64,000 nucleotides of DNA from the human T2T-CHM13v2.0 reference genome, Homo sapiens. The notes under the pieces were generated by a model. That model had not been told where the DNA came from, searched no databases, and saw only the letters and a list, made by a program, of their open reading frames with translations. This document shows, one piece after another, positions 1-10,950 of the stretch; position 1 is the stretch's first letter, and every line of letters starts with the position of its first letter. The position numbers and the translations under genes are program-made. The stretch lies in the NCBI RefSeq assembly GCF_009914755.1, contig NC_060925.1. One strand, given 5' to 3'.

Positions 1-420
1 AATGTGATGAGAAAATCTGTGTCAGGAGAAGATGGCAAGGAGGGAAGAGTGGTCTTCTGGTCACAGCAGGACTCGGGGTGGTGCTGGGCCACAGATGTGT
101 GCCCACCTCACTGGAGTGCAGGGCTTGTGGTGGGAGCTGGTGGGCATAGCAGCATTTACACTGTACAAAGTAGACACTCTTCTGCAAACCTTCCTCCCAT
201 AACTCCCTGCCCTCAAGTGTGGCCTAAACTGCATGAACCTAAAACATTCCAACAGTATATTGATGACAGCTAAACTGTCATAACACAACAACATGGTTAT
301 ATTGAATGCTGCCTTTTAGCCATCCATGATGTCTCTGTATTGGTGACAAAATATTTTCCTACAACCACACATCTGTTTTCACTCTCAGGTCTTTGTATCA
401 TATCCTTATTCACAATTCAG

Positions 421-460
421 GATGATGATGACGATGATGGTGATGGTGATGATAATAATA
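421..460. repeat. (GAT/GGT/AAT)n low-complexity trinucleotide run
   Basis: gatgatgatgacgatgatggtgatggtgatgataataata at the tail of a MIR. Confidence 0.8.
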
Positions 461-667
461 GTAGCTAACACTATGTAATATTAGGCACTACGCACATTTC
501 ATCTGTTAACTCATTTAATCTCCATAAGACCCACCTGAGGTAGGTACTTTATTATTTCTATTGAAGTAACATAAGGTCACATTTTGGTAAGTGGTAGAAC
601 CAGGTTTCAAATCCACGCACTCTGGCTTTGCTCTCTGTGCTCTTAACCACTTTGCAATGGTGCCTCT
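455..667 (-). mobile_element. MIR SINE
   Basis: Reverse MIR motifs: tcatttaatc, gaggtaggtact, ggtttcaaatcc, gctcttaaccac. Confidence 0.75.
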
Positions 668-814
668 CATTTCCTCTATTCTTAAGTAAAGAGGAGAGCA
701 ACTCAGAACAATTACCTACAGTATTCAAAGGTTAGAAAATTTTCTGTTAGTTACAAAGTATCAGCAACCAATCCACATAGCCCAGGGAATTAGCTTTGCA
801 TTTTTGCATTCTTG

Positions 815-990
815 CATGGGTGCATTCAGAAATTTATTGATTACTTACCACCTGCCAGACCACCATGCTGGGAGTAAGACCAAGGCAGACATGCTCCCTG
901 ACCTCATAGAGCTTCCACTCATTCTGGAAAGTTAACAAATTAAATAGGCATCACGGTGATGTGTGATGAGGATTATGCTAGATGAAAGTA
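815..990 (-). mobile_element. L2 3' fragment
   Basis: cattcagaaatttattga...tgccagac...ctccctgacctcatagagctt resembles the reverse L2 3' end. Confidence 0.6.
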
Positions 991-994
991 TAGA

Positions 995-1775
995 ATAACA
1001 ACAGCTAATATTTACTGAGCATTTTGCTATGTATTGTGTGATGGTTAATATTAGGTGTCAACTTTACTGGATTGAGGGATGCCTAGATAGCTGGTAAAGT
1101 CTTGGTTCTGGGTGTGTCTGTGAGGGTGTTGCCAGAGGAGATTGACAGTTGAGTCAGTGGACTGGGAGAGGAAGACCCACCCTCGTGGGTGGGCACCATG
1201 CAATCGGCTGCCAGCCCAGCTGGAACAAAGCAGGAGGAAGAAGGATAAGCTGGCTTGCTGAGGCTTCTGGCATTCCTCTTTCTCTTGTGCTGGATGCATC
1301 TGTCTGTTCCTCCTGCCCTTGGACATCAGACTCCAGGTTCTTCAGCCTTTGGACTCTTGGACATACACTAGTGGTTTTTCGAGGGTTCTCAGGCCTTCGA
1401 CCACAGACTGACGTCTGCACTGTCGGCTTCCCCACTTTTGAGGCTTTTGGTCTCAGACTGAGCCATTACTGGCTTCTTCTTCCTCTGCTTGCAGGCAGCC
1501 TATCATGGGACTTTGCCTTGTGACCGTGTGAGCTAATTCTCCTCAATAAGCTCCCTTTCATATATACATGTATCCTATTAGTTGTGTCCCTCTGGAGAAC
1601 CCTAACACATATTGCTAGGCACTATTCTCAGTGCTTTTAGTGGACTCATTCATTTAATCCTGATAGCTACCCCATGAGGTAGGTACTATTTTATTCCCAT
1701 TTTACAGATGAAGAAATGGAGGCACATCAGGGTTATAGAAATGCTGAGTGACACAGCTATTTAACGGTGGAGCCA
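995..1775 (-). mobile_element. MIR split by the MLT2 LTR (995-1036 and 1610-1775)
   Basis: gctaatatttactgagc...ctatgtattg continues after the LTR as ctaggcactattctcagtgc...cccattttacagatgaagaaa. Confidence 0.8.
1037..1609 (+). mobile_element. Solo LTR, MLT2A/MLT2B family (HERV-L)
   Basis: Starts TGTGATGGTTAATATTAGGTGTCAAC, ends ctctggagaaccctaacaCA; perfect 5-bp TSD TATTG at 1032-1036 and 1610-1614. Confidence 0.93.
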
Positions 1776-2094
1776 GCAGAACACATCGGGGAGGGTTAGC
1801 TTTGCCTGGGAGTTTGGGAGTCCAGTTTCAATCAATTGGTGAGCAGTACTCATGGAGACAATGAAAAATGGGAGGTCCTTCATTCAGTTGGTGCCTTTGT
1901 TCATTCAAAAGCATTTATTAGTAGGCATCTTTGATGTGCAAAGATCAAGGGAGTGGGTGGTGGTTGGTGGTAGATGGCTATAGAGTTGGGTAACATAGGG
2001 TGTTTACATTTGAGACATAATTCAGTAGGCAATACTGTATTAAGTATTTAAGGGTATAAAAATAAAGAATTGCTCCTTAGTCTCAAATTGATAT

Positions 2095-2735
2095 ATTTTA
2101 AATATATATATAAAATTAGAAAATGATAAAATTATGCAAATATATTCATCACCTCACATACTTATCATTTCTTTGTGGTAAGAACATTTAAAATTCAAAC
2201 TTTTAGTAATTTAGAAATATACAATACGTTCTTATTAACTATAGCCACCTTGCTGTGCAATGGAACACCAGAACTTGTTTCTCTTGTCTGACTAAAACTT
2301 TGGACTCTTTGGCCAACATCTCTCCATTACCCACTCCCTCCTCCCCAGCCTCTGGTAACCACCAGTTTACTCTCTACTTTTCGGAGTTCAGATTCCACAT
2401 ATAAATGAAATCATGCAGTATTTGCCTCTCTGTGCCTGGTTTATTTTACTTCTCAATTTAATATTCTCTAGATTTATCCACTTTGTCACAAATGACAGAA
2501 TTTCATTCTTTTTTAAGGCTGAATAGTATTCCATTGTGTATATATACCACATTTAAAAAAATCCATTCATTCATTGATAGACACTTAGGTTAATTCCACC
2601 TTTTGGCTGTTGTGAATAGTACTGCAATTAACATGGCAGTGCAGACATCTCTCCAACATACTGATTTTAATTCCTTTGGATATACCCAGAAGTGAGATTG
2701 CTGGATCACGTGGTAGTTCCATTGTTAGTTTTGGT
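2095..2735 (-). mobile_element. L1M (L1MA/MB-type) 3' fragment
   Basis: catcacctcacatacttatcattt...gctgaatagtattccattgtgtatatataccacatt...cccagaagtgagattgctggatc, typical reverse L1M 3' end. Confidence 0.88.
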
Positions 2736-2789
2736 ACATATTTAACAGAGGAGTTCAGGCAGATGAATTGGCTTGTGCTTGTAGGTGCA

Positions 2790-3010
2790 CACAGAGCTTG
2801 ATGGAGTGGAGAGTGTGGCCTTCAGATGGGAGCAGGCTCCACTTCTAGCCTGCATTGTCATACCTCTAGCTGTGTAACCTTGACCAAGCCTTGGACTTCT
2901 AGAACCTTAGAATGAAGACCCTCATTTTACAGATGAAAAAACTGAAGCTTAGAAAGTTGTCATAAGCTAGAGGAATATTTGAAAATGGACCAATTCTGAT
3001 TCAAAAGTCC
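2790..3010. mobile_element. Two opposed MIR fragments
   Basis: ctagctgtgtaaccttgaccaag on +; ctcattttacagatgaaaaaactgaagcttagaaagtt on -. Confidence 0.6.
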
Positions 3011-3560
3011 CTTTCAGCCCCGAGACATAGAAATCTTAACTTGTAAGTGATTGTTGAGTTTTCCGATACTCAATGTACACATTAGAGGCTTTAACAAGCT
3101 GTATGTTTGGGAATTCAGTACTAAAGGAAGCCTTCCTAGAGTCAATGAGAGGAACTTCCAAGGAAGAGAGGAAAGCAGCACAGGAAACAAGAAGGAGATG
3201 CTCCCAGCATTTGGGGGTATCTTGGGTGGGAGCTTGGAAGTAACATGAAGGAGAATTGTGGGGCCACACAAAGCTAGACTTGGCTGGAATGAAGGAGGGC
3301 TGCAAGAAATGCTGTAGGGCCAGTGGTAGTATTGGGGAGGTTTGGGAAAGCAGAGGAGATAAGGACAGAAAGAATGTTTCCCTAGGTTGAAAACTTTGTC
3401 TTGTTTATCAACATACCCAAGGGACACTTGCGCAAGTAATTGACAAGAGGTTTCTGTGCTGGTTTCGGTTGCTTTGGGAAAATGGAAGGGAAGTGTTTAA
3501 TTACAAGTTCAGGTGGTAGAGGATGAGGCCTTCAAAGCCTCCCACATGGGAGCAGGATAA

Positions 3561-3647
3561 TTCTTCCTCTTCCTCCTCATCCTCCTTCTCCTTCTTCTTC
3601 TCCTTCTCCTCCTTCTTCCTCTTCCTTTTCTTCTTCCTCTTCTTCTT
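3561..3647. repeat. (CTT/CCT)n polypyrimidine tract, the expanded tail of the adjacent Alu
   Basis: About 87 nt almost entirely C/T in triplet units, abutting the Alu 3' end. Confidence 0.9.
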
Positions 3648-3939
3648 AGAGACAAGATCTTGCTTGGTCACCCAGGCTAGAGTGTGGTGACCCACTCATA
3701 GCTCACTGCAACACTGAACTCCTGGGCTCAAGCAATCCTTCCACCTCAGCCTCCCTAATAGCTGAGACTACAGGCACATGCCACCACACCTGGCTAATTA
3801 AAAAAAAATTTTTTTTTTGTAGAGATAGGGTCTTGCTCTGTTGCCCAGGCTAGTTTCAAGCTACTGGCCTCAAGCGATCTTCCTGCCACTGCCTCCCAAA
3901 GTGCTAGAATTACAAGCATGAGCCACTGGGTCCAGCCCA
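3648..3939 (-). mobile_element. AluJ SINE
   Basis: Dimeric Alu; ctcctgggctcaagcaatcct is J-type; CpG-depleted. Confidence 0.92.
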
Positions 3940-4048
3940 GAATTTGTATAATCTACTTGCACAACCAGCCTTTCAGATTCACCTGAAGCCTTTATATCTT
4001 CAACAAGACCACTCTTTAGTTTGGCCCCATTCACCTGCTAGAGTTGGC

Positions 4049-4081
4049 GGGGGTGGGGTTGGGGGTGGGGGGGGGTGGGGG
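4049..4081 (+). repeat. G-run tract with G-quadruplex potential
   Basis: gggggtggggttgggggtgggggggggtggggg: five runs of 4 or more G with 1-2 nt loops. Confidence 0.8.
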
Positions 4082-4679
4082 AGGAAGAATGCAGACATAA
4101 AAGAGTTTCCTATTTCCTCTTAGACAGTGACTATATCATGGGCATCATCTAGTAATGGAGAGAGGAAAAAGAGGAAGAAATAGGAGAGAGAGAGAGAGAA
4201 GGTTTGAGGGGAAGGGGAAGGTACATAGCACTTGGTAGCTCCAGTTCCTTTGAGCTAGATGCTCCCCTGGCTGATGCTGCTTCGAAAGCCATGTTGATGT
4301 CGCTCAAGTCTGTATGTGATTTCTTTCCTCATTTTCTTCCTTTGCCAAAAAAACAACTATGGCTCTTATTCCAAGTATAGTCAATGAGCAGTTACCAAGA
4401 GGGTCCTAGAAAGCATGTTTCTGAAGAATGTCATCTCGGCAACGTTGTTCCATCTGCACCAGTCAGGGAGGAATGGAGGCAGAATGCCTCCAACACACAC
4501 TTTAGATCTGGAGATATTCTAAGGTGTAAGGGAAGGATGGTCTCTTCTGGAGAACTTTGGTTTAATCCCTGAATACCTTCCCCCAGGAGTACAACATGGA
4601 TATTTCCTCAGACTGCCAGAGCATTTTAGAGTGTTATTTGACCAGTATATAAGAGATATTTGCTGTAATAAAAGTTACA

Positions 4680-4845
4680 CTGGGCTTGGAATCTGAAGAC
4701 TTTGGTCTGCGATCTGGCCATTTTTACTTCCTAGCTACGGGTAAGTTGCCTTCTTCACAGCCTGGTAATGAAGAGCAAATGAGAAAAATGATGACAACAC
4801 TTTGTAAACTGTAAAGTGGTGCAAATATTACTTGTTATTGTTACC
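4680..4845 (+). mobile_element. MIR (degenerate)
   Basis: ggcttggaatctgaagac...acttcctagct...cactttgtaaactgtaaagtg. Confidence 0.55.
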
Positions 4846-6789
4846 TAGCAATACTCGGGGATTTTCCTTGTTTGGTTCCAGTTTAAGTAACCAGGGCCTG
4901 TGTTAGGCTTGGAAGCTTCAATTACAACTGAAGGGTGAAATTAGGTGATAAAGGCTTTAATATAGGTTTTGTGTTGAGGACCTAAGACAACACTAAGAGT
5001 GAACCCTGTATGAGTCCACAATCCTGAACAGTTGCTTTGGGTGGTAGCTAGCCGTTCCTTCTCACCAGGGATTGGTCATGTATTTAATGGCAGACTCTCC
5101 CTTCCCCTACCTTCCCTGCTTCCCCACGTTTTCCCCTGGGTGTCCTAAAGGCTTGGCACCCTTAACAGTGCCTTCTCCTCCCATGGGCTCAGCCACAGGT
5201 ATTTCTTAGGAGTCTCACCTCCTCGGGTGACTTTTCCAGCCTGTCTTCCTGGCTCATCCCACTGCCTTGTCTGGGCTCAACGGCTGATGCTTTGCTCCAT
5301 TTCAGTTCCCACTTTCCTTCTCCTCCCTTGACTTGATACTTCCTACTCCCCCTTGCTTCCCAGGGTCCCTTCCCCTCCCATGTTGATCACTTGAGAGGAG
5401 AGGTAGGTGACTGGGTTTCACAGCCCCACCTTGGGGCAGGTTGGAGGTCCTTCTGTTGGAGGATGTATTTGGAAGTGTTCTGACCAAGGGGTCTTCTCAC
5501 GCTCCTCAGCATTTCCTAAAGTGCACTTTCTGATGGCGTGGGCACTCCACTTTCACTGTGGCTGCTGTTCTACTGTTGAGACACTTCCCTATTTCACCGG
5601 ACAGTCTCTTTGAAGCTTCCACAGTTGCCCATTACATTTTGCTAGGAACAGGGAGTCACTTCTCTCTGGCTGGGAGGAGACCTCTGAGTCTAGTCAGGCT
5701 CCAGGGTCCCTGGATGACTGGCTTTTGCCTCAGTGGCCTTACTCTTCCTATGGCACACTCACTGTCCGCCTCTACTAACCTACACCACCTTCTTAGACTG
5801 CTGTTTGCATCTTCCCAAGACAGAGTTTTCCCTGTGACCACTTGTGCCTACGGATGAGTCTTAAGCCTCCAAGTCTTCCCAAGAAACTGACCTTAACTCA
5901 AGGATCACTTTGTTACACACCAGGCTACTTCAATCCTCTGGCCTTGTTTCCATTCTTGATCCCTTTGATCTCTGCTGAGCCTTGAGGCTTATGATCCTGT
6001 TTCAGGGCTTCAGTGATTCCCCTTGCTCCCAGCTCTGGGGACTGGTCTGCTTATCCTGTCTCCAGTCCCCATGGTTGGAGCTGCGAAGCAAGAGCTTCTG
6101 GGCAAGATGCCACTAGAAAGCCTGTCTCCCTAAGAACAACAGACCGCTTTTCTCTCTAGTTGTTCTGAAACTTACCCCTTCTCTCTCGCAGCTGTGTGAA
6201 AAGAAGCCAAATGCCCATTCTTAATGTGTGACAACTGAGGCTCACATGCAAACTGCTGTTATCTCAGCAGGAGAGCAATTTGCAATCATTTAAAATCCTT
6301 TCACTCTTCCCTTCTCCTCAGTGTATGGTTATACACACACCAGTCCATATTTATTAGTGCAGATGGTGAGAAACTCGTCATTGAAAGGGCTTAGAGCACA
6401 GAGGAAAATGGATTTTTGGCCTCACTCTGGCCTTATAAACAAGAAAGCTTAAATGATTTTAGGTTCCTGATTCTTGCCTCAAAAGAGCACAGTTTGCTTC
6501 TCTCCAAACACAAGAGGTTGTAAATTGGTAATTCATCTCAACCAAAGGCCACATGATGAGCAATTGTAGAAGTATTTTTTTTCTTGTTGTGCAAAGGAGG
6601 AACCAGACATCTGAGTATAGGTTCCAGCTGGAATTTGCCTTTCACCATTTGTAGCCTAAAGGCACTGTCTTGGCCAGCCCTGGGCTTCGTGCAGCTTCTG
6701 CCTCTTCACCTGCATCACTAACAGGGCGATCGCTATCACAAGGGTAGAAATCAGCTCAGCATTTCCATGTGACTTCTTTTTTTTTTCCC

Positions 6790-7440
6790 AGCTAAAAAAT
6801 AAATCTGTTCTAATAAAAACATTTATACTATATTCTTTATTGTCAGCTAATCCTGCCCAAACTCATTAAATGGCAGTGTGTGGGTTATTTGCTGTCAGTG
6901 AAATTATCAAAGGCATTTTTCAGCTGGGGCACCAGGAAAACATATGCTTCAATGCCAACTAAAACAATAATGAGGAAATGTTATGATCAGTCTTGACCAG
7001 ATGACCCTGCCCATTTTAGATTAGTTCTTAATTTCAGCACAAGGGTCATCCTGTGAATTCTTACAATAAGTCACTGCTCACCACTCACATGAAAAAGATG
7101 TGACTTATTAGAAAACTCACTGTACTCATTGCAGTTAATGAGATGTGGAAAGCTTTGTAATTTGATTTGCTGGGCCATATGCTGTAAAGGGATACTGCTG
7201 ATTTCATTCCTCCGTATTTAATTTAAGCTGTATGCAATACCTTCTTCATATGGCTACTTATATAATAAAAATTAACTTGGGGTATAAAAAATACACCATT
7301 GTGGGGTTTATGACTTGGTGTGGTTCAGTTTCAAGTGTTTTGCATGGAAACATCTGTAAGTAATGTGTGCGGGTCTAATTTTAAATCCCGCCAAATATTT
7401 TCCATTTAACATTTGGTTTAACTGACAGGCTTGCAGAGGT
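6790..7440. promoter_or_regulatory. Candidate conserved developmental enhancer
   Basis: Repeat-free and AT-rich; TAATCC 6848-6853, CTGTCA 6892-6897, ATCAAAG 6906-6912, CAGCTG, several TAAT/ATTA. Conservation is inferred, not tested. Confidence 0.45.
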
Positions 7441-7995
7441 GGTTTTCAGAATTGTCGGTAACAGATATGTACAGTATTCCCAAGGCCGTAGCCTTTTTTT
7501 TTTTTAAAGGAAGATAGTAATTCAAACTTGTTTTTTTTTAAATTTTTTTAATGTTTACATTTCAGTAGATACAAATAGCAGTTCAGAATATGGCTACTCC
7601 TGTCCCTTGAAGACCCAGCTGCAGTTAAATCTATTACCCCCTAAAAAGAGTTACCTTGGTTTTGACTTTTGCTTCAACATCTGCGAGCTAGGACACCTGA
7701 GGCTGACTGGGAAGGTTGACCGTGGGAACGGGACCCTTCAGGACAGGGTCCTGCCTCCACAGTGGAGAGAGACAGGGAGGGAGAGAAGAGGGTAGGACTG
7801 AGAAGGGGGGCAATGTCCAGGGAGGTCTGAGCCTCCAGAGAGGCTCCGAGAATCCACATTCGGACTATTTTCCTACCGTTTAAAAATAAGTCTCACCTAA
7901 CTCTTAGGAGAGGCCCAGGCCCCCTGAACTATCCCGATCTGCTCAGAAGCTGAGCTGTAAAACCATAAAACAGAACCTCTCCTTTCTCTACTGGG

Positions 7996-8186
7996 TAGGA
8001 TTGCCAGATAAAATAGAAGGCCCCGAGTTAAATGTGAATTTCAGATAGACCACAAATATGTTTTAGTACAAACATATCCCTTGCAATATTTGGGACATAC
8101 TTATACTAAAAATGTATTTGTGGTTTATCTGAATTCAATCTTAACTGGGCATCTTGTATTTTTACTTGCTAAATCCGGCGACTCTA
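7996..8186 (+). mobile_element. MER53 hAT MITE (palindromic)
   Basis: TIRs taggattgccagat / atccggcgactcta; long internal inverted arms around the centre atccc ttgcaatatt tgggacatac. Confidence 0.9.
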
Positions 8187-9070
8187 CCGCCGGGGTCGGA
8201 CGTTGTTTGCTGACTGCATTCTATTCGTGGCCGCGGAGGCCTTATTTCAGGTTGTTTGATTCCGGTGGCTGACAATATGAAACAGCTTGAACAGGCAGGC
8301 CGGTGGGCAGAAGCCATAAATAGCCACCTCGGGGGGGCCCCCCTGGTCGCTGGGAGCGCCACGCTGCTCTGTTAATAAACATGCGCTCGCTGGAGTCCTC
8401 ATCCTGGGGCTCGCGGAAGCGCTGACTCAGCACCGGGGCAGGGAGGATGCGGGGACCCCCAGAAACATAATTAAACTGTTTCCATGACTGACTTGAAAAT
8501 AAAATTGTGTGTGGGAAGAGAAACTTGAGGGGGAAGTTAAACAACAAATGGAGAGGTGTGGAGTGAAACCTCAGGGAAACTGTTGGTTTTGCTTCAAGGG
8601 AATTGAATTGTGAAACTTGCAGTTGTGAAATTTCACTCGGTTGATTCTTGTGAGAACCGAAGTTTGTTTTAATTGTCAATTAAAGCGAATGGTGCTTGGG
8701 TCCCTGGGATCCAGGGAACCTCAGGGCGGTGCTCGCCTCTGCCCGGCAGCGAGAGAGGGACCCGGTGCGGGCCCGATGACAGGGTCGACCGCTGGGGGTC
8801 AGGATAAGCTTGCAGAGTGGCCCCGCCGCCGTCCTGAACTTTCTCGGGAGGGGAAGGCGGCTGTGTACAGAACAGCACGCCCTGGGAAGCAAAGGCCTGT
8901 CGGAGAAGTTGATGAAAGATGCACCTTAGGTGTCCCCGAGCAGGGCCGCCGGCCTCCCCAGAGGTTTCCTTGGCAGCCCTTATTTGTAAGGCAAATCCAG
9001 GCCCGCGCACACGTTGCTCGAATGTCAGGTACTAAATTGCCTTTATGAGAGTCGAGCAGGCTTGCCGATG
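8175..9070. promoter_or_regulatory. CpG island (orphan; enhancer or lncRNA promoter)
   Basis: Sharp rise in GC and CpG content outside any Alu, strongest at 8175-8460 and 8690-9070. Confidence 0.8.
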
Positions 9071-9887
9071 ACAACACTCTGATAACAAAAGAAGTGTGGC
9101 CTCGTTGAAGATTTTATGTAAAAGGAAATGATTCATTTGAATTCAGAAGGAGCCTTAAAACAGGGCAGAGACAGCCAAACCCTAGATTTTCTGCCTTATG
9201 ACTTGTTTCTTAAACTTGTTAAAGAAAAAAGGGGAGAAAACTTAAACAAGAAAAGCTACCCCAAATCGCCAGCCAAGGTTTAGATTTTCGTGGGTTGCTA
9301 TTTTCTTCAGATCAAGGTTGCCTTCTTGTTAACCCGAGACTGCAGCCGCAGAAAATTAGATTCCCCCCACTCAGGGATTAACCACATAGAACAGTTAGGG
9401 AATGTGGAGGTCTGGAGAGACTTGAGATCAACGAGTTCGAAACGTTTGAAAGAAAAAAATCTTCAGTGGTTTGAGAGCTTCACTAAGATACTTTAAAAAA
9501 AAATCAAAATTGCTCTTATTTAAGAGCTTTGGAGATCCAAATATAAGTCCCTTTTCTTTTGCCAAGAAGGCCCTTATTCATTTTGTGTGTCTTTAATGCT
9601 CAAAAGAGATGCTGGGATTCCTAGTCAATTCCTAAACAGGAGTCTGACAACCAACTATATGATTTTTTTTGCAAAGACCTTTTTTTTTCCTTAAAGCTTC
9701 AAATTTCTGTTCCTTTTGATGATGATATGTTGAAGAAGGAATCAGTGCCTTTCTCAGTAAGTGAATGACAGAAAGCCCTTACATCTTTTGAGTGGGCCAG
9801 CGTTTGGGTGGCAGGGCTGCTTGGATGGGGAGCGATGTGACAGGGCTCTTGGACAAACTGCTCCTTGGCTTAGGGATGGTTTATTTT

Positions 9888-10040
9888 GAACATTCATTCA
9901 TTCACTTATTCAACCAGTGTTTATTAAACATTCACGGCCTCTGTGCAGGGCTAGGTGTGAGGGCTACAGTGTCTAATAACACAGAGTCGTGGTCTTACCC
10001 TCCAGGAGTCTGCAGTCTGCTGGGGAAGCCAACAACATGA
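9888..10040 (-). mobile_element. L2 3' fragment
   Basis: cattcattcattcacttattcaaccagtgtttattaaaca...ggagtctgcagtctgctgggg. Confidence 0.7.
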
Positions 10041-10781
10041 GAAGGTTATTCTGCTCTACTGGAAAAGGCACTGATCTTGTCCTCTCTTTTTCTTCCAGAA
10101 GCAAGAAAAAAACCCAGATTGGTCAACACAGTTTTATAAACAAGTGGTACTTTAGCAACAGCAACCAAAGTCCTATTTAATTAGCCAGTGGAAGGTATCC
10201 ATCTGTGATGGCCAACTGTTTCCTTTTTCCAAGGGGCTCATCTTCTCCTTTGGTGACCCAAAATGCCTTTTACTTTGAGCCACACCCTCTGCCTGAAATC
10301 CTGCAGGATAAAATGGGGATGGAGGTAGAAAGCAAGTGGATCACTTGGTACTGTCTGACTTGATAACCAGCTGTTGAATGGCCTGCCATGGCTTCACTAC
10401 AAGAATGGGGAAACTGTTCTTTTACGTCTGGAAGAAGGAGAAGCCAGAAGTTTATTTAATCTTTTCTAGGCAACTTATTTTATTGCATTTTTAATTTCCT
10501 CTCTTGCATTAACATGACCCTTTTCACTGGCTTCCCACGCCTGGTACTTAATTACTTATCATTAGCAATGTACACGGGGGCCTTGCTGCATATTTATAAA
10601 TGTGATCATTAGTACATGGAAAGACAAAGGCTTCTTTAAGACTGTCATTAGTTATTCTGTTTTCATGGAAATGTTCATTAGGAGAAACTACCCACCTGGT
10701 TAAATAATTATAATTAAGAATTGGTAATCTCCTTTGCATTTTTAACTTGATCTTCCGTCTGTTTGTGTGAAGCTAAACAAG

Positions 10782-10950
10782 CCTTATTTGGCAAGTATTC
10801 TATCTTTCATTTTCACAAGAATTGTCAACAAATACGTACTCTTTGTTTTTAACCTATAGGTGCTGACTGATTTGCAGCATGATAAATATAATTTTTGTAA
10901 TTCAGCAGTTAATCTCCAAACACGTTAACCAGCTGTGGAATGGTGAGTCA
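10782..10950. promoter_or_regulatory. CArG box plus TEAD/AP-1 composite motif
   Basis: CCTTATTTGG 10782-10791; GGAATG 10937-10942 next to TGAGTCA 10944-10950. Confidence 0.4.

Noticed and set aside
3501-3695. Lys/Glu-rich ORF
   Set aside because: It is the translation of an Alu end plus its GAA/GGA tail.
8242-9077. Overlapping 70-145 aa ORFs in the CpG island
   Set aside because: Stop-poor GC-rich DNA gives ORFs in several frames on both strands; most use non-ATG starts and none has a recognisable domain.
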